From: Andalucia godoyi And28
Lineage: Eukaryota > Protista > Jakobida
NCBI GenBank assembly: GCA_009859145.1
Contig: VRVR01000051.1
Span: 126,549 to 190,548 of the forward strand
Direction of reading: 5' to 3'
DNA length: 64,000 bases
Under the pieces are notes generated by a model. It had not been told where the DNA came from. It saw only the letters and a list, made by a program, of their open reading frames with translations, and did no database searches. Shown one piece after another: positions 32,003 to 44,446 of this stretch; the stretch's first letter is position 1; the number at the start of each line of letters is the position of its first letter. Position numbers and translations under genes: made by a program.

Positions 32003-32340
32003 AATGAACATCACAGAACAATCAAAGGAAGCGTCGGGGACAGAAGTAGTTGCAGCAGAAAAGCATCCGAGTCTGGGAAGTGATTCATTTCTATAGAGGC
32101 TTTTCTTCCGTGGGCCTTGTTCTCACGCGGTCGTGCCACCAAGCCTTTTCCTTCCTTCCGAGTCTTCTTTCTGCACGGTCTTTGTGTACCAGCGACTGTA
32201 AAAACAATCTTTTCCCCCTTGTTCCCGGATTACATAGTAGAGATCAGATACTGTCAGTGCTATATGCTCTGATTGCCGAAATAGCAAATTTGTACATAAG
32301 CATTTTCGTTGTTTTTGGTGCAAAAGTCATATTAGGTATC

Positions 32341-33315
32341 ATGCTGATGACTCGGCTCCAAGTGTGTAGGAGCTCCGTTCGTGGAGCCCGCCGCTTCGTT
32401 ACAGCTTCCGGACCCGGGGTTTCCTTTTCCCCTGACTCTGATCCGATGGGTGTGTTCCAGAACAAGTATAGCAAAGCCGATGACCTGGCACAGGATGTTG
32501 ATGCTGCAAATGCAGACGCGAAGAGCTTGTTGCATCTCGTTCTTGATGCATCGCTTGCGCATGTTCCGGCGCTGGGGTTCACGGACGCCGCCCTGGAATC
32601 CGGGCTGTTGGATCTTGTTCATGCACAGAAATTACCACAGATGAGCAGCATTGCCGCAGCAGCGCGCGGAATCGTGGCAAACGGCCCAGTGGAAATCGCG
32701 AAACACGCAGCGGATGTTATGGATGCCAGTCTTTCATCGCTCTTGTCTCTCGAGGTGGAATCGGCCAAGACGCTCTCTGGAAGCCCCGTGAGGTTGCTGG
32801 AGCACGCAGAGTGGAGTCGATGGGTGGCAAGCAGGCTTTGGATGACTGTTTCGTCGGGGTACTGGCCTCACTGGGGAGCAGCTATGGCGCTCTTGTCTCA
32901 CCCTGTGGCCTTGCCAGGGACGTTGGAACGGCTTGCAAATCGCGCGGATGACATTGTGTACGCCACAGAAGTCGCTGTAAAGAATGCAAATGGGGTTGGT
33001 GTGTTTGCAGCAGCAGAGCAGCAGCAACAACGGGAGGGCGAAGGAGGAGTGTTGTTCCGCGAAGGATCGGGTGTGCAGCAAGAACTCGGGCCATCTTGGT
33101 ACATCAAGAGAGGGATTGTCGCTTCGGTCTACGGAGCCGCAGAACTGGCGTTCGTTTGGAAACCAGCTCCGACACAGGAAGAAATCCGAGCATTTGTAGA
33201 CCGAGCAGTCTTGGATGCCGTGCATGTCGCCGATCTTCCTCGAAAAACAAGGCGGCTCGCTTCGGATCTGTCCGTCATGTTCGGCGGCCTCGCACAGATC
33301 CTTGCTAAAAGATAA
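32341..33315 (+). CDS. COQ9: Ubiquinone biosynthesis protein COQ9
   Basis: LAHVPALGFTDAAL, GPVEI, WGAAMALLSHP, SWYIKRGIVASVYGAAEL motifs; mitochondrial-type N-terminus. Confidence 0.8.
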   Translation: MLMTRLQVCRSSVRGARRFVTASGPGVSFSPDSDPMGVFQNKYSKADDLAQDVDAANADAKSLLHLVLDASLAHVPALGFTDAALESGLLDLVHAQKLPQMSSIAAAARGIVANGPVEIAKHAADVMDASLSSLLSLEVESAKTLSGSPVRLLEHAEWSRWVASRLWMTVSSGYWPHWGAAMALLSHPVALPGTLERLANRADDIVYATEVAVKNANGVGVFAAAEQQQQREGEGGVLFREGSGVQQELGPSWYIKRGIVASVYGAAELAFVWKPAPTQEEIRAFVDRAVLDAVHVADLPRKTRRLASDLSVMFGGLAQILAKR

Positions 33316-33429
33316 AGGACACCCCCCCACACACCCGTTCTCCCATGTCACCCACAGTTCTTCTCTTTCCCAGCTGCAAAGAATCCAGAATCTCAGGACA
33401 CGACCCAGCTCGTCCGTAGTGCGTTCGTA

Positions 33430-33599
33430 CAAGACCTCCATTTGCGCCTGCATTATACACTGAGCATGCATATACATATATACGAATAGACATGCATATT
33501 CAGTCTTGCATCCCGCTGCCGCGAAGAGGATAGGCCCCAACACGCCCCACGGCGCTCTTCAGATAAACGTTCCGCGCTCCGTTCCCAATCTCGATCAAT
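33430..33599 (-). ncRNA. Candidate omega RNA of E4
   Basis: Same scaffold as E1 with a TTCG loop (33483-33486); stem base extended by ACTGA/TCAGT; small TA-rich insertion in the 3' arm. Confidence 0.6.
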
Positions 33600-34084
33600 C
33601 GGTGAGCCACTTTCTCAGCATGACACGGTGTTCCTGAGAAGGGTGCATTTTGATTCTGACGGCCGTAGCAGCAGGCGCTTTCGTGTCCTCAGTTGCAGCG
33701 CGATTGATGCAACTGGAGATACGAGAGGAAGAGGCGGTAGGCGTAGTGACACGTGGTCTCTTAGGAGGTCTGCGGGACCTAGGAGGCCCTGCATCGAGCG
33801 GCGTAGGCGTAGGCGAATGCGTCATCCCAGCGCACTCACGCCCATATTTGAATAAAAGAGTGAAACCAAAAAAAGTGAAACCAACGAATGGTAGAATAGA
33901 TGGCTACGGATGCTGCGTTAAAGAGCGTCGAAAATGCGAAGCCTGTGTCACCGGCTGAATTCTGGCCGAGCGTGCGTAAGCACGGATTCCTGTGAAGCAA
34001 ACGTGCTACTGTCGGCCAGTATTGACCATGTCTGTTTATGTGTACTTCCTTCCGTATGCATGACAATGACGTGTTATTATTCAG
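33447..34084 (-). mobile_element. E4: internally deleted Fanzor2/TnpB-derived element, complete ends
   Basis: Inverted homolog of E3 (left end) and E1 (deletion junction and right end). Bounded by CCG|CTGAAT and TAATGCAGG|CG. Confidence 0.9.
33595..33825 (-). pseudogene. 76-codon truncated Fanzor N-terminus (NLS-like PPKRPRV; AVRIKMHPSQEHRVMLRKW resembles the OrfB_IS605 HTH start)
   Basis: Open ORF from ATG to the deletion junction; the IDRD..NGARN remnant follows out of frame. Confidence 0.7.
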
Positions 34085-34243
34085 CGGAACCAAAAAACTC
34101 TTTTTTGCTTTTGCGGATTGCGATCTCCAGATCTTACGTATCGATGAACTAACAGCTTAAGATCACCATTGTTTGTTGTGTGTTGTTTTGCTCTTGTTTG
34201 TTTGGTTCGTGAGAGGTGGTGGTGCGCGCTGTGAGAATTGTCC

Positions 34244-37200
34244 ATGGAGGCCTTGGTGAACAAGGTTGTAGGCAAGTATCTGCGGATTTTTGTAAAGAAC
34301 TATTCTCGCCATGCGCTTTCGCTGAAGCTGTTTCGCGGAGAAGGCCAGCTGCTGAATCTTGAGCTGGATGAAGAGGCGCTGAACGAGCTGATGCCTTATC
34401 CAAACCTCGTGTTTCGAAGGTGTTCCGTTGGCGTGCTCCGATTTCGAGCGTCCTTCACGAAGCTGTCACATGAGCCGGTCGTTGTGGTCGTGGAGGACGT
34501 GCTTGTGGATGTCGAAGAGCCGTACGAGCTCGTCACGCTTCCCAAAGTCAAGACTGCGCCGCTGTTCAAGCCAGATGCGCCAAGCGCAAGCGATACGTCA
34601 AAGTCAAAGCGGCGAAGTTCTGCAGGAAAGAAGGGCGCGGCTCCAAAGTACACGGTTGGAGAGAAGATTCGCGACGGCATTAGAATCGAGATGCACCGGC
34701 TGACTGTGCGCATTCATCCCATGGGCCAATATTCGAGCCCGCCGCATCCTCCACAACCCGCAAATGTCCCTCGAGGTAGTCGCTGCGACTGCCCGTATTG
34801 CACGACACCGATCGTCACACTCACAATGAAGCAGCTGCAGGTCCAAACGACAAATGAAGGATGGAGACCAGTTTCTGATCTCAAGGATCTTCCGTATCGG
34901 AAATCTGCAAACGCAAGCGGAAGCGGCTACAGCACAGGGTCCAGTTACACGATTGGCTCCGGAATTGCATCCATGCGAGAAGTGTTTGTATACCGAGAAT
35001 CTCGGATATTGGGCTGCTCGATGTTTCTGCATTCGCTGCATGATAATCATACTGTCCCAGTGGTGCAGGATTTGTCGCTTGTAGCTCGAACAACGATGAA
35101 GTTAGATCCCACGCTGCCGCAGTATCCGCCTTGTGCGATCCACGTTGGAATTTCTCTTGCGCAGGAATGCATGAACGTCGAGTGCGACCCCGATGTTTTG
35201 CGGTATGCTGGCCATTTTGGACACGCATTTGTCCACACGCTTTTGAGAAGACAAGAGACCCAGGCGTCTCTTAAAGTTGTCCTTGAGCCGTCTGCAGCTC
35301 GACTTGCGCAAGCGTCGCCACAATTCGTAGGCACGCCGTCGTCAGTGTCCGTGCCGCCGAGTGACACGTCGACAGACGATGCAGATGTGGATGTAGATGA
35401 TCTATTGGACGAACTGGAGTCTACCGCGGATACCGCAACAGTCGCTGGAGACGATTATGACCCTGCATCCACGTCGTACACGTCTGCTAGCGGTGGTATT
35501 GGCATGGATCGAGCTTCGGACGAGCACATCGACCTTGCGATGACTCTGTCCCTGTCAAACGTCTGCATGAGGCTGCACTCAAAATCTGGTCTTGGGTCCG
35601 TCGGTTCTCTGAACAGCAGGGATGTATCTACTGAGCATTTCGTATTTCGTGCCAACGATTTGGTGATTGACATGTTGAAGCCGTCCTTTGTCTCGCTGAC
35701 GGACACGCATATGCAGTTCAGTATTGCGCATTACTCAGTGCATCACGGTATGAAATTGCAAGGCGGCGGGGTATTGCAAACGTTGGTACTTCAAGATTTC
35801 CTGAATCCATCTCTTGAAACGGAGCCACCAGTTTCGGACTCTCCACTCCGCTCAACTTCCGCATCCCCGGTTCCTGGAAACGTCGGTCAATGGGCGTCTG
35901 GCACAGTCGAAAATCTCCCGCAGTTATCTTCCGATTTGGCTTCATTGTCGCTTCATCACCCGTCCTCGGGATCAAGAACTCCTTCCACCTGGCCGCTTTT
36001 CCTTCCCCCGGGATGTGCGGCATCCTCGGCATCTCCATCTTCAGAATTTCAACGTAGCGGCAGCTGCATGCGTGCCAAAGTGTATCTGCGTGGCTGGCCA
36101 TTTGATCCTCCCCCCCACCCAATGATGGGTGTTTCCGTAGAGTGCAGAGTTATGCCCATGGAGCTGCACGCGCATCCGACAGTTCTCGCAACGCTTGGCA
36201 GCATAGTGTCCGCTTCCATTCCGGTAATCAAACCGCCGTCGCCGATTTCTGTGTATGAGTACCGGAATCACCACGGCATTCCATCTACCGGCCTGTTTGT
36301 ATGCATGGAGTCGTTGGCGCCCCACATGTTTGTGTACGACGAAATTGCGATGTTCTACGAGATGGGCAGCTCCTTGCCGCCCACGTTGTCGAGTGGTGTC
36401 CCAGAACCGTTGCGTGTCCCAAAGCTGTATTCTTCGAGGCTTCACGTTACAGGGGGCTTAGTGACGATCACCGTCGATACACAGTCTCCAGGAAAGATGC
36501 ACTCACCGGAACTTGTTTCCGAAGCGGTCATGGGGGCTCTGAATTTGGAAATGGACCTGTACCGTGTTCTGTTGGAGTCTTTGGATGGCAGCAGTTATTA
36601 TGGCGGTGAGTCTGCTGCATCAACGTCCAGTGCTGCAAAGCCGAAAGCCCACCGGGATGTCGATGAGACGGAAATTGTTCGTGGTCGCGGTATGAACCTT
36701 GAATTGTTGCTTGACAGAATGCTGCTTCCTGCGGGTGATCCAATTTCGCTCTCGATGAATTCCAGCCGAGAATCGGTTGAGGATTCTGCGCTCGATCGGT
36801 CGTCTGCAATCGCTCACTCTTCTTTGCTGCTTTCTGCGGTCATGCAGGTGTGCGAGACGATGATCGTGCAGGTCTCGCCACAAGTTGTGTCCACGTTGTT
36901 CTACTGCATGTCTTCATTCGTTCCACCGGCTATCCGCTTGTGGAAGGCATACGGCGAGAAGTTGGCAAATCTGTTATCATGTGGTGCGCGATTACAATCT
37001 TCGTTTGGTGCAGTGACTGTGATGTTGAATCCGTCAGACGCCGTATCGTTTGTTCCATTATCGTATCGCGATACGGCATTGCCAATTTCAGGTGCGTCTT
37101 TAGCTCCCGAAGGTGCGCTTGTTATTTCACTTGGATCCATGACGATGTCGCTCTCCAGCTTTGAGGATGCCATGTTTTCTGCCGTCTTCAAGGCTGTTAG

Positions 37201-37294
37201 CATGTCTTTGCTTCCGTCCATTCCGCTCCGAGAAAGATTTGCGGATCCAAGCAGGTCGTCGACGTGTATCGCATGCGATGAAAATCCACAACCA

Positions 37295-37329
<35 letters not shown>

Positions 37330-40048
37330 TTCAGTGTTCTTCTCTGTCCCATCTGTCAACGCCTCCATTACCAACAAGGTTGTTGATGTGGCCGTTGGCC
37401 GCGTGGAAACCAATGTTTCTTCAGAATTAGTCGACTTTTTGATACGCTTCATCTGCACCAGTCTGCACCCTGGTTCCAACCTTGATCCGAGATCTCCAGT
37501 CTGTGCATTCATGTTCCTATTGCACCATCTTGGTCTTCCTGCGATTTCGATTCCAACATTATTTCGGGTAGTTCATCAGTTCTTGGAGAAACTCAACATG
37601 TCGGTTGATTCCGTGCTTGCGCAGGCGGAAGGCGGCATGCTGACTTTTGAGTCGCCGTCTCCGATTTTAGTCTCCTGTGTGTTCCAGGAGACGTGTTGGA
37701 CGGGCAGCGTTGCGGGCGGATCTGCTGACGCGGCGTTGGTGGCGCAGTTCCATGTTTTGGACTTGAAAATGAACAACAGGCTGATACTGGATGCTTCAGT
37801 CGACGCGATTTCCTATTCTTGGAGCCTTCCGCATGCAATTTCAACACAGCTTCATGGCGCAAAAGTGAGAAATCCTGTTGTCGAGGTCACTGATTCAATT
37901 GCATTGCGCGTAGCCAGTGTGGGCAAGACGTTTTTGTCGCACTGGTACAGTTTTCACAGCAGGATCGCGCTGCTGTCCCGCAAAGATCGCGCGGTGTCGA
38001 TGGTTGAGCGCGCTGTGGAGCAACGACGGATCGCCTTGATTTGGGTGCATATTCAAAGGCTCTTGAATCTGACAGCGATAACAGGGGTTTCTCTGGACAC
38101 TGCAGAGAAGGACCTGATTACTCGAGAAGATGTTGAAAAATCAGCGCACGCAAGTCTTCATTCGGTTTTTGCGTATTCCGTGTTTTTCCGATCGCAAGGT
38201 TTCTTGTACCCTTTGTCGCGTAACATGTTTGCTCCCAACGGATTTCTGAAAACCCCGTTTCAAATGCACATGAATGTTTCCCTGCAGTACGAAACGTTCT
38301 TATCGCCGTTGCCGGACACCATCGACGTTCGGGACTCGGATGGCTCTGCTCATCAGATCGTTATGAAGCGGAAGAAAAAGCGGTGCTATGTTGTAATTCG
38401 AGAAGATTCGACGTTGTTTGTGTACGATTCGCAAATGGATTTTTTCAACAACTCCCAGATGAAGATACCGGAGCCAGATGCGGACGAATACTGCTTTGTC
38501 GAGGATTTGGAAGACGACGAAGCATCTCTTGCGGGGTTTCCGAGGTTGTGCGCAGATCTTACAAAGGCCTCGTTCACTGTCGACGGTTCTGACGTGCATG
38601 TGCAGGTCATGGAGACGTGGGAAACGGATGATGACGGCACCCCGGAGAGAATAGCGTGCATTCCTTCGAAGAAGCCGCAGACTGCGGGATCCAAGATCCG
38701 ACGAAAGCTGCGAGTTGTTATCTTTTGCGCAACAATGAATCTCGGAAATCCGCATGAAGCCAATTCTGTGTTGGAAAAAGTGCGAAGCCTATCATCTCCA
38801 GCATGCGCATTGTCCAAACGCAAGCCTATCGTCGAGTCCTCTGCGGGGGGGAAATTGGCAGCAGCGGCATCCAGTTCATCATCATCATCATCATCGTCGT
38901 CGTCGTCGTCTTCATCGTTATCGTCGTTATCGTCCTCTTCTCTTACAACTGCAGCAGCTCCCTCTGCTTCTGCCGGCACGTCTTTGCAGCGGAGTGGGTC
39001 ACGAGCGGCCAACCTGTCTGTCATTGGATTTGCTCCCATGCAGGCGTCTGGTTTCCCCCAGGATTCCGCGAGTGTCTTGGATGAGCTGTCTTTGTATCTT
39101 TCATTGCTTCGTGCCGAGGTGAGGCGATACACGCATGCATCGCAAAGCGAGCCCGCGGAAGAGGAGCACCGACCGCTGTCGGAGGTGTCAAACGTGGTGG
39201 AGGTTCGCGAATTGGGCGTTCAAGTTACTGATCCAGGGCGTCTGGAGTTCCAGAAGGACCGATTTTTGAGACGCAAGCTCTACTGCTTAGAAACAGAACT
39301 GGCCGTTGTGCGCCAGCATTTCAGTGATGCCCAGAAGGCATCTGCGCACGAGCACGAAGAGTTGCTTCGAACCATTGCAGATGTCGAAGATGAGCGCGCC
39401 GGCTGGCGAAATCATGTTCGCACTTTGGACGAACGCATTGCCTGGCTGACGAAGAATGCAACGTTGCTGCAGCAACAAAATCCGTCCTTGTCGTCGCTGT
39501 CCTCTGGAACGCATGCTTCGCTTCCCATTCCTGCTTCTGCGTCCAATTCGAATTTCCTCTCTTCCAGTGGCCACGAGCATGCTGGTTCGCGGAGCTCATT
39601 TGCAGCTTTCAAGACCTTTGGTGGATCCATCAAGAACGCATTCAAGATGCGGAAGGAGTCGAGTTCTCCAGATGCTTCCCCGGTCTCTGGACCGCCGGCA
39701 GCGTCGAATGTTGCTTTGATGGATGATGAGGAGCTCATGCAGCTTGTTCGATCTGAGAAAAGCGCGCTTGTCTCGCGACTTCGGGATCTCGAGGAAGAGC
39801 TCCAGCGAGTGTCGCATCGGAATCACGATTTGGAAACGGAAATTGCCGGTGTGGCTGCCTTGAAGGAGCGACTCAGGGCGTCGGAGGAGGAACGGAATCG
39901 ACTGACGACCCGAAATGCGGCACGTGAAAGAGCGCTGTTGGAGCAACTCGAGCAGCGTGAAGTTGATCTGGAACGCGTCAGGATGGAGGCTGTCCGATTC
40001 AAGCACATGTATGAGACGTTTGCAATTAAGAAGCCGACGGACGAATAA
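34244..40048 (+). CDS. Bridge-like lipid transfer protein, BLTP3/UHRF1BP1-like (Chorein_N), with C-terminal coiled coil
   Basis: N-terminus KYLRIFVKNY..LSLKLFRGEGQLLNLELDEEAL..FTKLSHEPVVVVVEDV matches the Chorein_N/BLTP3 pattern; 1934-aa ORF. Confidence 0.8.
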
Positions 40049-40243
40049 GTACACGGGAGAAAAGGAAAAGGATGCAAGAAGGCAGTGTCGTCTTTCTGTT
40101 TTTGTTCTGTTTTTGTTTTGGAATGGGCGGCCGTTATTCGAAAGGAATGGGGGTACAGGAAAAGACAAGAGACTCGATCTGAATTGAAGGAAGGAAAGAA
40201 AAAACGGAAGAAGAAGAACGAGCATGCAGCAAATAAATGGAAA

Positions 40244-41311
40244 TTAGCGCTGTGAAGAGGAGGCCCACATGGCATACAAAAAGAGTCCCCATTGGTACAG
40301 AACCGTTCCAGCGAGAGTGGACCATATAATCTTTCGAGTTCGCCTCTCTGTCTTTTCGACCGCGTGTTCTGCAGTGCGCCGCTTGTGGACTTCGGCTGCC
40401 TTGCTGCTTTCAGCCTCCTGGCACCGTTCCCACGCTTCCGTCTTCTCTGCCTCCATCGCTTCGGCCTGCCGATTTCCATAGTGGATGATCTGCTGACTCC
40501 GGATGTTCTCCAGTCGAACATGCTCTACTTCAGTCTCCAGCTGATGGACGCGTTGGCGGAGCTCCTCCGAAATCGCCAGCTGTTCTGCGGTCTCCTGTTT
40601 GTGCCGTACGATCCGGAGTTCCAACTTTTCGACCAAGGCCGTGTGCTGCTTCTCCCTCATTTTCTCAAGGTGGTTGTCGGCAGCATCGGAAAAATCGAAC
40701 TGCGTCGCGTACTTTCCGTTTGCCTGCGCAGCTTGTAGGTCCAGTGTCAGCTCTCGATTCCGCTCAAGCGCCGCATCGAGCCGCTTCCGCAGCCTGTCTC
40801 GTTCATGCTCGATCTCTTCGCACTGGCTGCACTTTGCTTCGAGCTCAAGCCGCAGCGAAACGAGTTCCGACAGGTTGTCACTAAGCCGCTTCTGCAGCTG
40901 ATCGCTGTCTTGGACCGCCCGTTCGTACTTTTTGAGCAGCGCACCGTTTCTGTCCTTTTCATCCTGTATGTCCTGCTGCAGCCGCGCAATCTTCACCGGC
41001 ATTGTTGCACACGCTTCGATCTTTTCATGGGCATTCTCAATCTCGAGCGTCAGCCTGTCCTTTTCGTTCTCAAGCTGTTCCACAATGCGAACGGCAGCAT
41101 TCAAATCGGCTTCAGAGACCAGCCGAAACCCATCAGGGATCAATTCAGATGGATCAGCCTCCGCTTCGTTCCGGCCAGAGTGCGTCTTGTGTGGAGTTTC
41201 CATCTGCTCTTTCGACCGACATTCGCTCTGCATTTCATTCTCAATCCGACTGATAAATGAAATTGCATCCACCACAGGTTCTTCAAATGCTGTGGTCCCT
41301 CTCGTCAACAC
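40244..41311 (-). CDS. Coiled-coil protein with C-terminal transmembrane anchor (may have an upstream exon ending at 41427)
   Basis: Heptad-rich ORF ending in IIWSTLAGTVLYQWGLFLYAMW. A possible GTACGT...CAG intron at 41290-41426 is in frame, but no upstream ATG was found. Confidence 0.65.
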   Translation of the reverse strand: MLTRGTTAFEEPVVDAISFISRIENEMQSECRSKEQMETPHKTHSGRNEAEADPSELIPDGFRLVSEADLNAAVRIVEQLENEKDRLTLEIENAHEKIEACATMPVKIARLQQDIQDEKDRNGALLKKYERAVQDSDQLQKRLSDNLSELVSLRLELEAKCSQCEEIEHERDRLRKRLDAALERNRELTLDLQAAQANGKYATQFDFSDAADNHLEKMREKQHTALVEKLELRIVRHKQETAEQLAISEELRQRVHQLETEVEHVRLENIRSQQIIHYGNRQAEAMEAEKTEAWERCQEAESSKAAEVHKRRTAEHAVEKTERRTRKIIWSTLAGTVLYQWGLFLYAMWASSSQR

Positions 41312-42199
41312 GGAAGATTAAAAGATAATCATGAACATGACCAGACCACTCATTCCAAAAACAAGCAAGAAAAAATCACCAGAAGAATGAAAGAACAGAA
41401 ACACAAACAAAAACAAAGAGACGTACCATTCTCAAGAAGCAGGCGGACGCTGTTTGCTTCCGAGTCTGATTCATGTTGACGCAGCAAGGACTGCAAAGTT
41501 TGCAAGTTTGGCAGCACAGCTGACTGCGGATACTCGATGAAGCAGTCTGCATTGAGAACGAACAAAAGTTGAGGGGTATTTCAGTTGATGCGAACGGTTT
41601 TTTTTTTTTTTTGTTTGTTGAATGAAGGAGAAAGCATCAAGAAAGTGGAAACGTACGGTTCAGCCAGTTCGTCAACAGCACACGGTCCCCAGAGACGGAG
41701 TCTTGCATTGGTTTTTTTTCTTTTTTTGTTTTCAAAATTTAAATTAAAATTAAAATACTTAACATTATAAAAATGAATTTGCGAAGCAAAATGAGAAAGC
41801 CAGAAAGCGAGAAAGCGAGAAACAAAAAACAGAAAGAGCGACAGAGGAGAATGTGTGAAGCGGAAACGAAACGTGTTTTGAAGAGTGGAGACACGACTTT
41901 TGTCATTTTTCTTTTCTTTTTCTGATTGACGTGTTTGCGAGGATCACTCCGGGGTACTGTTTTTCCAGTTTTCCGTGCACGATTGGAGGACGTCATCAAC
42001 ATCAACACGTACTCCTTTCGGCACATTTCCCGCCTCTGCTCCCCGGAACCCCAAAGAAACAAGGATCATATACTCTACTATTTCATTGGGGGAAAAAACA
42101 CCGGAGCATAGCGAAGGTACGTAAGAAGAAGAAGAAGAAGAATAATAATGATGATGATAATAACAGTTAAAATAGGTGGCTTGCAGACAAGATCCGTAA

Positions 42200-44110
42200 T
42201 CAAGACAACAAGGACGGCTTCGACGTTGAAAAGATACACTGCTCGGCAACCATGCTCGCGATCGAGATTCTTGGATTCGACGTACCGCTCAAGCTCACAC
42301 CCATCAGTGTTGGAGGCGCTGTTGTCGTTGTCGTTGGTGCTGCTGACACTGACAGTGGCGATGATCCCGGTGGCGACATGGACAAGAATGCGCTGGGGGT
42401 TGGGTTCGAATTGGCACGGGTTATGAGGATCCATTGCTTGATGAGGCCCTCGAGCGGAGATCCAGCCGGCGCACTGCTTTTTTTTGCTCTTTTTCTTTGC
42501 ATTGCAGTGGCCGTGGTAGCGGCACTAGAAGTGGATTTTTGTGCGCTACAAACACCGGACACTCGATCTGGAACGGCCTGACAGAGAGTGGCTTGCTGTG
42601 CAGCAATGACGATATCGTTTGCACGCATTGCGATTGCAAGACGGCGTTCTGGAGAGAAGAAGTGGGCGAGAGAAGGAACATCAGTCGGGTTCGGATATGC
42701 AAGCAGCGCAAGAACACCGGTCTCTGCAATGCGGGATGCCTCGGGCGCAGTCCGTGCAAACAAGACTGCATCGCCAATTCGGCCTTCTTCCACCAGCTGG
42801 ATAAAATGCAGCGACGCCATATCGCGAAGAACCTCCTTCCTTGTTCTCTCATCATCATCATCACTGTCAACGGCAGCCTGTTCTTCTTGCTCTCTTATGG
42901 GCTCTTGTTCCGTTTCAATATCGATGTGCTCTGCTGCAGTTGCGTCTGCAGCTTCGCTATCTACACAAGAAGGATAGGAAGAGGAAGAGAGAGCACGGAG
43001 TGTCGTGGAGAGGGCAGAGAGAGGCGCGCGAAGGACCGTAATGTCGCGGATAATCGCAAGCCGGATGTCCATATGAGGAACATATGGCAACGGCTGGTTC
43101 GTTGCTTTTGCAAACGAAAGGGCACTTTTGACGTAACCTCGATGCACCATTTCTCGCAGAATCAGCCCTTCCACTCCACCCCCACCACTGCCGCTGCTAT
43201 TCGTAATGATGCCATGGCTGCCGCTGGTACTCGCGCTGCCAGAGAGGCTGAGGTCACAGCACCACTGTCGAGCATACAAGTCTGTGAGAAGCGATGCGAC
43301 CCAGCCACGAAGATCAAATACGAATGCACGCGACCCAAAGTTCACTTCCACACTCTCATGGGGCGTCCGCAGCCCAATCGCCGGATACAGCCCCAAGGCG
43401 CCGCCGCCGCCGCTGCTGTTATTATTATTATTATTATTGTTGTTGTTGTTGTTATTGTTGTTGTTGCTACTACCCCCACTGCCAGCAATCGTGATATTGC
43501 CGCCACTCGCACCCGCACCCGCAGCAGCACCGGGACCGGGACCGGGACCGGGACCGGCGGGGGTGGCAGCCATGGGCGAAAAGGAGTTAGAAAGCCCTTG
43601 GAGTTCAGGGACTGCGGTGAACGCGGGCCCTAAATATCTACCATTCCGCGTAAAATGAATCGAAGAATCATGCATGGTGACGATGCACCCGACGGTGTCT
43701 CCCTGTGAGAATCCCGGTCCGTACGGTTCTCCGGATCCAGACTCTCGATACGTGCGCCCATCATCGCCGTGGAATCCATACGAGTGTTTATCCCATCCGG
43801 GTAGCTTATGAAGCGACGCAGACTTTGCACAGAGTCCAATCCCAATGAACCCGTCTCGACCGCGGTGCACGACGGTGGCTTCAAAGTAGTGGATTCCAGG
43901 AAACGGACCAAAGCTCGCATTCGCGCGGACGCACGCGGCCTCCGAATCCGAAGTCCCTGATCCGCGGTACGACACCCGGCTGTTCGCATGCGACAACTCT
44001 ACATTCGAAGGCCGGTCTTTCGGATTCAGATGCGTCGGGAGTCCACCACCACCAAACGTAGAATTCAGCTGAGGAAGCGGAAGCGCACACCAGAAAAACG
44101 GATTCTCCAT
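42200..44110 (-). CDS. RanBP9/10 (RanBPM/Gid1)-like SPRY-LisH-CTLH-CRA protein
   Basis: GIHYFEATVVHRGRDGFIGIGL, LPGWDKHSYGFHGDDG, YPAIGLRTPHESVEVNFGSRAFVFD, LLAYPNP motifs. Confidence 0.88.
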   Translation of the reverse strand: MENPFFWCALPLPQLNSTFGGGGLPTHLNPKDRPSNVELSHANSRVSYRGSGTSDSEAACVRANASFGPFPGIHYFEATVVHRGRDGFIGIGLCAKSASLHKLPGWDKHSYGFHGDDGRTYRESGSGEPYGPGFSQGDTVGCIVTMHDSSIHFTRNGRYLGPAFTAVPELQGLSNSFSPMAATPAGPGPGPGPGAAAGAGASGGNITIAGSGGSSNNNNNNNNNNNNNNNNSSGGGGALGLYPAIGLRTPHESVEVNFGSRAFVFDLRGWVASLLTDLYARQWCCDLSLSGSASTSGSHGIITNSSGSGGGGVEGLILREMVHRGYVKSALSFAKATNQPLPYVPHMDIRLAIIRDITVLRAPLSALSTTLRALSSSSYPSCVDSEAADATAAEHIDIETEQEPIREQEEQAAVDSDDDDERTRKEVLRDMASLHFIQLVEEGRIGDAVLFARTAPEASRIAETGVLALLAYPNPTDVPSLAHFFSPERRLAIAMRANDIVIAAQQATLCQAVPDRVSGVCSAQKSTSSAATTATAMQRKRAKKSSAPAGSPLEGLIKQWILITRANSNPTPSAFLSMSPPGSSPLSVSAAPTTTTTAPPTLMGVSLSGTSNPRISIASMVAEQCIFSTSKPSLLS

Positions 44111-44446
44111 CCACAGCCCGAAAATCAACTCAAATAAACGAAACCAATTCGAAAGTGAACAGAAGAAGACACAAGAACAAGTCGAGAAATGATGCAAAAG
44201 AGAAACAAACGAAGAAAAAATATTAAAAAATAAAAAAAAAAAAAATGAGAAAAGAAAAAATGATGTCGGAAACTCCAAAGAGCATCGATCGAGACTTTTG
44301 AGACTTCGAGTTTCCTCGGTCGCGGTGTCGAAATGAAGGTATGGGCGATGGACTTTGGGACTTTATGATGGGTTCCTTGTTCCATTCGATAGTGCATGTT
44401 GAGGGAGCGCAGTGGATTTCGCGTTTTGTGGATGTTGTAGTTGTGA

